The notes beneath the pieces were generated by a model. The model saw only the letters and a list, made by a program, of their open reading frames with translations, did not search any database and was not told the DNA's origin. The translations under genes and the position numbers were made by a program. From positions 1-58,481 of IMG/VR virus record IMGVR_UViG_3300030233_000054: 58,481 nucleotides of DNA; one strand, written 5' to 3'. Source of the stretch: a virus (Duplodnaviria > Caudoviricetes). How positions within the stretch are numbered: position 1 is the first letter of the stretch; every line of letters starts with the position of its first letter. Positions 52,898 through 58,481 of the stretch are shown here, one piece after another.

Positions 52898-53157
52898 GGT
52901 TTCTCCTTTGTTTTTCTGCTGATAGAAGTCGCCGCCGTGGTCGAAACCTTCGCGCCCCGGACGATGACCGTGATGTGTTTCTCGATGATGATTTCCTCCA
53001 CCTCCCCGTTGATGTTGGCCAGCACCGCGAGATCGTTGTCTGCGGGCGGCGGCGTCACGTGCGTGCAGGAGCACAGCAGGAGCGAGATCGCCAGCGCCCA
53101 AAGCGCGACAAAGGCCAGCGTCCACACGGCCTTCCAAGATGGGTTCGGAGGGGTCAT
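52879..53157 (-). CDS. Putative small lipoprotein
   Basis: Hydrophobic signal ending LLCSC; GGAGG RBS. Confidence 0.5.
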   Translation of the reverse strand: MTPPNPSWKAVWTLAFVALWALAISLLLCSCTHVTPPPADNDLAVLANINGEVEEIIIEKHITVIVRGAKVSTTAATSISRKTKEKPWSEAK

Positions 53158-53510
53158 GCCGCCTCCTTCATCTCAGCCGGAAGCCCGACAAACTCCACAG
53201 CCAGCGTGTCGTTCAGATACCAAACCATGGCCATCCCGTTGTAATGGCGGAACGTGATCTCGAACTTCCCCAGGTCACAGCGCACGCCTTCGATCAACTT
53301 GCGCTGCTTCTTGTTCTTGGGCAGGAATACGATTTCCTTCCACGCTTCGATGTGCAGGCAGTCCAGATCCTGGACGCGGGCGACCGTCTCCTTGTTCTTG
53401 ATGCTGGGTGATGGCTTGCGGTGGATGGTGATGCCCTCCCGCTCCAAGCGGTCGAGAGCGGCCATCACCACGCCGTAGCCCTGATAGATGCTGCGTTGTT
53501 CTTCAGTCAT
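53154..53510 (-). CDS. Hypothetical protein
   Basis: GGAG RBS before ATG 53510. Confidence 0.55.
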   Translation of the reverse strand: MTEEQRSIYQGYGVVMAALDRLEREGITIHRKPSPSIKNKETVARVQDLDCLHIEAWKEIVFLPKNKKQRKLIEGVRCDLGKFEITFRHYNGMAMVWYLNDTLAVEFVGLPAEMKEAA

Positions 53511-54120
53511 GATTCTTCTCCGGTTGCTCCACGCCTCCCCACTGCTCGGCCATCGCATCGGCAATGCCCTGATAGGTAATGGCCCGCGCTTTCCAGCGAT
53601 CCTTCGACGGGGCAAGCTTGTTCTGCCCGGAGGGGGTTTGGTTGTCCCAGTGCCCGCATTCCGGCTTGGTTAGAATCTTGGTGGGCACAAGCGGCGGGAG
53701 ATTCTTCAGCCACAGGCAGGTGGCCTTGCTCTCGGGGTGCCCGAACTGCCACGGCTGAATGGTCTGATCTGGCTTGCGCACACGGGTGGAAATGCAGCCG
53801 ATGGGATTCTCCAAGGCGATGCGCTCCACTGGCGCGTTGAGCAGGGCGACAACGAACTTCAGCGCCTGCTTGGTCTGCACTTCCCGGCCCGGTCGCCGCT
53901 TGTTCCAGTGCAGGCCGGACGAGCACAGGTAAGTACATGGCGGGTGGGCGATAAGGAGGCTCCACCCCCCCCCCGCTATGGCGTCAAGACAGTCGCCCTG
54001 GATGTGGTGACACGAGCCATCAACGGCGGGAAGCAGGTCACAGGACCACGCATCATGCCCCTTGCGGCGGAACGCTTCGCGCACCACGCCGGAGAACTCG
54101 CACGCGACGAGAACCCTCAT
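53503..54120 (-). CDS. DNA cytosine methyltransferase-like protein
   Basis: MRVLVACEFSG, AWSCDL, AHPPC, ENP, GIADAMAEQW. Confidence 0.8.
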   Translation of the reverse strand: MRVLVACEFSGVVREAFRRKGHDAWSCDLLPAVDGSCHHIQGDCLDAIAGGGWSLLIAHPPCTYLCSSGLHWNKRRPGREVQTKQALKFVVALLNAPVERIALENPIGCISTRVRKPDQTIQPWQFGHPESKATCLWLKNLPPLVPTKILTKPECGHWDNQTPSGQNKLAPSKDRWKARAITYQGIADAMAEQWGGVEQPEKNHD

Positions 54121-54132
54121 CGGGAGCCTACC

Positions 54133-54309
54133 TTGCTACGCTCTTGCTCCGTTACATCCGCAAGTCCTTGACTCCCAAGGGTACGGGCGGAGGGAATCGA
54201 ACCCTCGTTTAATGCATCCCGGTAATAATCTCGGCCAATCTCGGCTTTCCCGAGGTGAACAGCCACAATCGCAACCGAAAGGCTTGTGAGGTTTGCTACG
54301 TTTGCTACG
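54133..54309. mobile_element. attP region: tRNA 3'-end core (54180..54208, minus strand) flanked by TTGCTACG arm-type repeats
   Basis: Minus strand ACGAGGGTTCGATTCCCTCCGCCCGTACC = T-arm plus acceptor 3' strand, tRNA-Gly-like; TTGCTACG at 54133, 54293, 54302 and TTGCTCCG at 54144. Confidence 0.75.
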
Positions 54310-54317
54310 TTGCCCCC

Positions 54318-55394
54318 ATGGCTTCCCTGATGAAGCGGGGTGATTCCCCGTACTGGTGGATTCGGCACAAGGATAAGCAAGGCAAGTGGGTCCAGTCCAG
54401 CACGGGCTTGCGCCGCGATGACCAGAACGACACCGCCAAAGCCCACGATGTGCTGGCGAAGATCCAGAAGCGCGAGGCTGCCAACAGCGCCCGGCAGGCA
54501 CCCGCAGCCTGGAGCCGGTGGGTGATTCCGTACCTGGAGCGCCACAGCAAGTCCGAAAAGACGCTGCTCGCGTACAAGGCCCGCTGGAAATGGCTTCACA
54601 TGTGGCTCTCTGAGGAAGGCATTCACTTTCCCCGAGCTGTCCGTTACAAGCATGCCTTGGCCTACGTGGAATGGCGCTCCACCTACGTAAAGCGCACCGG
54701 GCGATCCGTCAGCCGGAACACAGCCATCACGGAAATCAAGCTCTTGGCCTTTATCATGAACGAGGCGGTGCGGCTGGAGTTTGCGGAGAACAATCCCCTC
54801 GCCCATCTCGACATCCCCAGGTCGAAGCCCAAAGAGAAGCCGGAGATATTTGACGATGAAATTGCCGTCATCCGCAGGGAGTTGGAGAACGAGAAATGGG
54901 GCGACTGGATGCGCCTCTGTTTCGAGGTCGGGCTGAACACCGGGCTGCGCCTCAGTGAATGCCGCCTGGAGATGAATAAAGTAGATCTCAACGCGAAGAC
55001 GATCACCGTCAAACCCAAGGGCGGGGAGAAGCGTACCTTCAGCATCCCGATCCCCGAGGCCATCCTGCCCATTTTGGAGGAAGCCAAGGCCAGCGGCAGA
55101 AGCCATCTCTTTGACTTCCCCTTCCAGCCTTCCAGGAAGTGGCAGCATTTCTTTCATATGTGCGGGTTGGATCATCTGACGTTTCATTCGTTGCGGGTTA
55201 CCTATGCTACGCGGCTCTTTCGAGCAGGTGTTCGGCGCGAGGCGGCAATGCGTTTGATGAATCACGCTGATGAGTTGGTTCATCGGATTTACACGCGGCT
55301 TGGAGCTGATGACGTTCGGGCTGACGCTGCATTAGTTGCGCAGTTAATCCCTCGTGCCAGCGGAGACGCCAAGCGTCGAAATCCGAAGGCATGA
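54318..55394 (+). CDS. int: Tyrosine integrase
   Basis: TGLRLSE, KGG, FHSLRVTYAT, LMNH, IY; start re-assigned to MASL. Confidence 0.92.
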   Translation: MASLMKRGDSPYWWIRHKDKQGKWVQSSTGLRRDDQNDTAKAHDVLAKIQKREAANSARQAPAAWSRWVIPYLERHSKSEKTLLAYKARWKWLHMWLSEEGIHFPRAVRYKHALAYVEWRSTYVKRTGRSVSRNTAITEIKLLAFIMNEAVRLEFAENNPLAHLDIPRSKPKEKPEIFDDEIAVIRRELENEKWGDWMRLCFEVGLNTGLRLSECRLEMNKVDLNAKTITVKPKGGEKRTFSIPIPEAILPILEEAKASGRSHLFDFPFQPSRKWQHFFHMCGLDHLTFHSLRVTYATRLFRAGVRREAAMRLMNHADELVHRIYTRLGADDVRADAALVAQLIPRASGDAKRRNPKA

Positions 55395-55551
55395 AGACTT
55401 TGGTTCCAGGGACAAACGGGAAGTCAGGGCGTTCAGCGATCTCGCGCATGATTGTCAGGCTGATGTTGTAGGCCAGCGAGGCTTGGCGCAGATCCATGGC
55501 TCGGTTCTCCCGGCGCAGTTGGTTGGCGTATTTGGCTTTTGCTCCGCTCAT
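55207..55551 (-). CDS. Probable excisionase-like HTH protein
   Basis: MDLRQASLAYNIS...PDFP...FDAW; convergent with int. Confidence 0.5.
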   Translation of the reverse strand: MSGAKAKYANQLRRENRAMDLRQASLAYNISLTIMREIAERPDFPFVPGTKVFMPSDFDAWRLRWHEGLTAQLMQRQPERHQLQAACKSDEPTHQRDSSNALPPRAEHLLERAA

Positions 55552-55928
55552 GACTTCTCCTTCCTCTCGGCCATAGCGATGGCGGTGGAAGCCTTTTCGA
55601 AAGCGGCATCAGCGATGTGCGCAAACTCTAGCTCGACCAGAAAGTTTTCAAACACTCCTTGCGCAGCCTTCAACGCCTCCAGCATCTCAGCGTTCTGCCC
55701 CCGCAGTCGCGCCAGTTCCTTCTGCATCTGCGGAATCGCGGCAATCTCCTCCGCGTGCTCACGCTGGATCTGGAGAGCCTTGTCATCAGGCAGCCCAAGC
55801 TTGCCCGTCAGATACCCCCAGCCCCGCATCTGGCAGATCATGAAGTCGTCGCCGTCCGATGTCCGCTTGAACACGTATTGCCCCTCCGGGCACACATGCC
55901 GGTCCCCAGGCTTCACTTCCGTGCTCAT
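55548..55928 (-). CDS. Hypothetical protein
   Basis: MRGWGYLTG...EMLEALK; GGAG RBS. Confidence 0.6.
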   Translation of the reverse strand: MSTEVKPGDRHVCPEGQYVFKRTSDGDDFMICQMRGWGYLTGKLGLPDDKALQIQREHAEEIAAIPQMQKELARLRGQNAEMLEALKAAQGVFENFLVELEFAHIADAAFEKASTAIAMAERKEKS

Positions 55929-56689
55929 TTTGACTCCTCCTCGGCCTTGGCGACAGCGCAGGCAGACTTCCGATCCCACATGCCCTTGGCGGCGGCATTC
56001 ACGGTTCGGGTAGCCTGTAAGGCAGCGGAATGCAACACCTCGTTCATCTTCTCTTTCGCCTCGCGCTCCCGCCAATCCCGCTCCATGCGGATGCGGTGGT
56101 AGCAGCCCCAGTAACCTGGGCCGTCTACCTGACTGTCGAAGTGTTCCGGGTTGTCCATGAGCCGGGAGCGCTTCACGTCCGCCATCATGAAGGCCACGTC
56201 TTCGGCCTCCAGTTCTGGCCCGGTGTAGCCGTGCTTTGCCCGCAGGTGCGCCGTCCAGAGAAACGCGGTCTTGGTGAAGTCATCCAGGGGGTGGCCGTAA
56301 GACGCCTGCCGGTCCCCGAAGATCAGCTCATTGGCTCGCAGAAGCGGGTTGGCTTCCTCGTGCTCTTGGATCGGCTCCGGCAGCGGCTTGAGCGTGTAGG
56401 CGTCCAGGCACGGCAGCCCCAGCGTCCGGGCAAGGCCATGCTCTACCTTCGCTCCCCGTGACCGCTCCCACCCCTTGAGGAAAGCGACCGCTTTGGATCG
56501 GCTGAGCATATTGACCGCCAGCGCCATGTATGCTTCCCAGGTCTTGGATTCGTCGGCTCCGTTCTCGGCGGGGTTGAGAACCCGATGGCCTTGCAGGCGC
56601 AGCTCACGCGCCACACGGTTGAACTCGGGGTGGTTCCACTCCGGGTAGCCCGTCATCGGGCCAGCGAGATAGATGGTTGTCGGGGTCAT
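55925..56689 (-). CDS. DUF4406-like (nucleoside deoxyribosyltransferase-like) plus DUF6378-like fusion
   Basis: IYLAGPMTG...LNPAE...GWERSRGA..E; GDRQASYGHP.DDF...D..GY. Confidence 0.75.
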   Translation of the reverse strand: MTPTTIYLAGPMTGYPEWNHPEFNRVARELRLQGHRVLNPAENGADESKTWEAYMALAVNMLSRSKAVAFLKGWERSRGAKVEHGLARTLGLPCLDAYTLKPLPEPIQEHEEANPLLRANELIFGDRQASYGHPLDDFTKTAFLWTAHLRAKHGYTGPELEAEDVAFMMADVKRSRLMDNPEHFDSQVDGPGYWGCYHRIRMERDWREREAKEKMNEVLHSAALQATRTVNAAAKGMWDRKSACAVAKAEEESK

Positions 56690-56694
56690 TTCGA

Positions 56695-56922
56695 TTATCC
56701 TGTGAATGCTTCTAGTTCGAGTTGAGGAAGAGTTACCTGTGCCTCCAGTTGATTAACGACTTGCTGCTTGGTGTAGCCGACCGTACCGGCCAGCAGCTTC
56801 CCGAAGGCCGCTTGCTCGCCATATTCGTTTTTCATCCAAAGCCACTTCTCCCAGGCGGCTTCCGTGACGTGCGGCGGGATGTCGCGCTCGTCGCCAAATT
56901 CGATGTGGTCAGCGATGGTCAC
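56695..56922 (-). CDS. Hypothetical protein
   Basis: GTGA coupling, GGAGG RBS. Confidence 0.5.
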   Translation of the reverse strand: MTIADHIEFGDERDIPPHVTEAAWEKWLWMKNEYGEQAAFGKLLAGTVGYTKQQVVNQLEAQVTLPQLELEAFTG

Positions 56923-58160
56923 GCGGCCTCCTGCATTTCCGGTTGCGGTTGGTCGGTGATGGCGGGCGCCCACTCCTGCCCGTCTTTGATCTTGTCCTTG
57001 GGCGTGATCGTCGGAGCGTTCTCGCTGGTGTTCACCAGCCCGGCGCGGGCCATCACGTTCACGAACGCTTCCTTGCCCAAGGCCTTCGCACCCTTTTTGT
57101 TGCCCTCCTGCTCGGCGTAGGCATTGATGTAGGCCTTCTCCAAGTCGCCCAGCCTGGGCGTGCAGCACTCGGCAAACTGCTCCGTCGTCAGCACCGGGCT
57201 GACCGCCTTGTAGACCTCGGCGGGTGTGCCTTCCAGGTTGCGGCGCACTGCGCCACGCTTTAGGCCCATGCCTTCCAGATACTCAGGGTCTTCCATCAAG
57301 CGCGACTTGATGAGCGCCTGCCCTTTCTTGGCCAGCCTCTCGGCCAGCTTGAGCGTCTCGTACTGCCTAACCCGCTCGGCAGGCGAAAGATCGTCGATGG
57401 TCAGCGCTGTGTCCTGCGCCACGATCTGGCGGCACGTCTTCTGTGCCACTTGGCAGATTCCCGCCGCCTTGCAGAACCGGCACTGCTCCGGGCCGGGATT
57501 CAGGTCGCCAGCGGCTTCCGGGGTCTGGATGTAGGCCAGGCGGCGACGCAGCCGCTCATCCGAGTAACGGAGCGCAGCCATGTCGTACTCGCAGGGCTGA
57601 ATGGAGCGCGACACCCACGGCTGCGTGATGGTAACCATCACGTTCTCCAGTCCATAGTGCTGCTTGCTCAATACAGCCAGGGTGCGCAGTTGCTCGTTCG
57701 CGCTGGAATGCGGCTCCTCATGCCGCCCGGTCTTGAAGTCGATGAGCAGGCCCCTCTTGCCGCTGGTCACCAGCGTGTCGAATTGCCCGCTCAAGATCTT
57801 GTCCAGCCCGTCATGCAGCCAGCGGCGCTCTTCCACGCGGATGGTGGGCGGCTCGCTGGCGTACAGCTCTTCCCATTGGGCGATGTGCTGGCGGGCGTCC
57901 TTCAGGCACATCACAGCGGTTTCCACTTCGGTTTCGGCGTTCAGCTCGATGAGCGCGGTATCCTCCGGCTTGCTGCCGCTCAGGATGCTGGTCACCGCCT
58001 CGTGAATCCGCGTCCCGCTCTTGGCGTCCTCGGCGTCGCCGTCATGCACGGCCAGTCCCGCCGCCACGGCCCGCTGTTCGGCCTGCCACGCTCCCGCGCA
58101 GAGGAAGTATCGCGGCATCGCGCTTGCGCTGGGTTTACCTTCTCGAATGTAGGTGGTCAT
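56919..58160 (-). CDS. Cas4-like PD-(D/E)XK exonuclease (DUF2800-like)
   Basis: SAS...C, GTRIHE, GQFD, IDFKTG, EQL, CRFCKA...C. Confidence 0.8.
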   Translation of the reverse strand: MTTYIREGKPSASAMPRYFLCAGAWQAEQRAVAAGLAVHDGDAEDAKSGTRIHEAVTSILSGSKPEDTALIELNAETEVETAVMCLKDARQHIAQWEELYASEPPTIRVEERRWLHDGLDKILSGQFDTLVTSGKRGLLIDFKTGRHEEPHSSANEQLRTLAVLSKQHYGLENVMVTITQPWVSRSIQPCEYDMAALRYSDERLRRRLAYIQTPEAAGDLNPGPEQCRFCKAAGICQVAQKTCRQIVAQDTALTIDDLSPAERVRQYETLKLAERLAKKGQALIKSRLMEDPEYLEGMGLKRGAVRRNLEGTPAEVYKAVSPVLTTEQFAECCTPRLGDLEKAYINAYAEQEGNKKGAKALGKEAFVNVMARAGLVNTSENAPTITPKDKIKDGQEWAPAITDQPQPEMQEAA

Positions 58161-58481
58161 TTGCGGACCACCTTTACTTTGTAAGCCGGGGCGTCGAACT
58201 TCGCGCTGCCGTCGACCCGCACGTCCCCGCCAACCTCGGTCAGGGCCGGGGCGTCGAGCTTCGCGCTGCCGTCGACCAGCACGTACCCGCCAACCTCGGT
58301 CAGGGCCGGGGCGTCGAGCTTCGCGCTGCCGTCGACCAGCACGTACCCGCCAACCTTTTGGAGGGCGTCGAACTTCGCGCTGCCGTAGACCAGCACGTCC
58401 CCGTCAACCTTTTGGAGGGCGTCGAACTTCGCGCTGCCGTAGACCAGCACGTCCCCGTCAACCTTTTGGAGGGCGTCGAAC
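58157..58481 (-). CDS. 3' part of beta-solenoid repeat protein, truncated by window end
   Basis: 18/20-aa repeats GSAK(F/L)DA(PA)L(QK/TE)V(D/G)G(D/Y)VLV. Confidence 0.7.
   Translation of the reverse strand, partial: FDALQKVDGDVLVYGSAKFDALQKVDGDVLVYGSAKFDALQKVGGYVLVDGSAKLDAPALTEVGGYVLVDGSAKLDAPALTEVGGDVRVDGSAKFDAPAYKVKVVRK
58185..58481. repeat. Tandem 60-bp and 54-bp coding repeats
   Basis: Near-identical units visible directly; array runs off the window end. Confidence 0.9.

Noticed and set aside
54180-54208. Complete tRNA gene
   Set aside because: Only the T-arm and 3' acceptor strand are present; no D-arm, anticodon arm or 5' acceptor strand upstream, so treated as attP core
54117-55283. 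388-aa minus-strand ORF
   Set aside because: Antisense shadow of the integrase with no recognisable motifs
58185-58481. CRISPR array next to a Cas4-like gene
   Set aside because: Units are contiguous in-frame coding repeats without unique spacers; Cas4-like nucleases are common stand-alone phage genes
1-58481. Terminal repeats or complete circular genome
   Set aside because: The two ends share no sequence and both cut through genes

Overview
The window is most of a temperate tailed dsDNA phage genome with podovirus-like morphogenesis genes, in its non-integrated configuration: an intact attP-like tRNA 3' fragment sits next to a tyrosine integrase with phage genes on both sides. The host is possibly in the PVC group (weak inference from the SSB sequence). 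Most genes are on the minus strand. They include early, recombination and replication genes (Cas4-like nuclease, SSB, RNase H-like protein, replication initiator, DnaB, Tad1/Acb2-like anti-defence protein), TerS/TerL, scaffold, major capsid, adaptor/nozzle/tail genes, a 3581-aa polyvalent protein, a displaced portal, fibre-like proteins, a lysis cassette and a switch-like region of four ribbon-helix-helix genes. Most notable: (1) the giant protein carries a sigma70-family domain next to ADP-ribosyltransferase, zincin-like and LPD38-like domains; (2) its linker regions hide three +1-frame nested genes, one with a TTGACA-N17-GATACT promoter 7 nt before its ATG; (3) a 14-bp motif GTATTGACAAATAA occurs seven times exactly, always just upstream of morphogenesis genes. 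All family calls come from motif recognition by eye; no database search was run.
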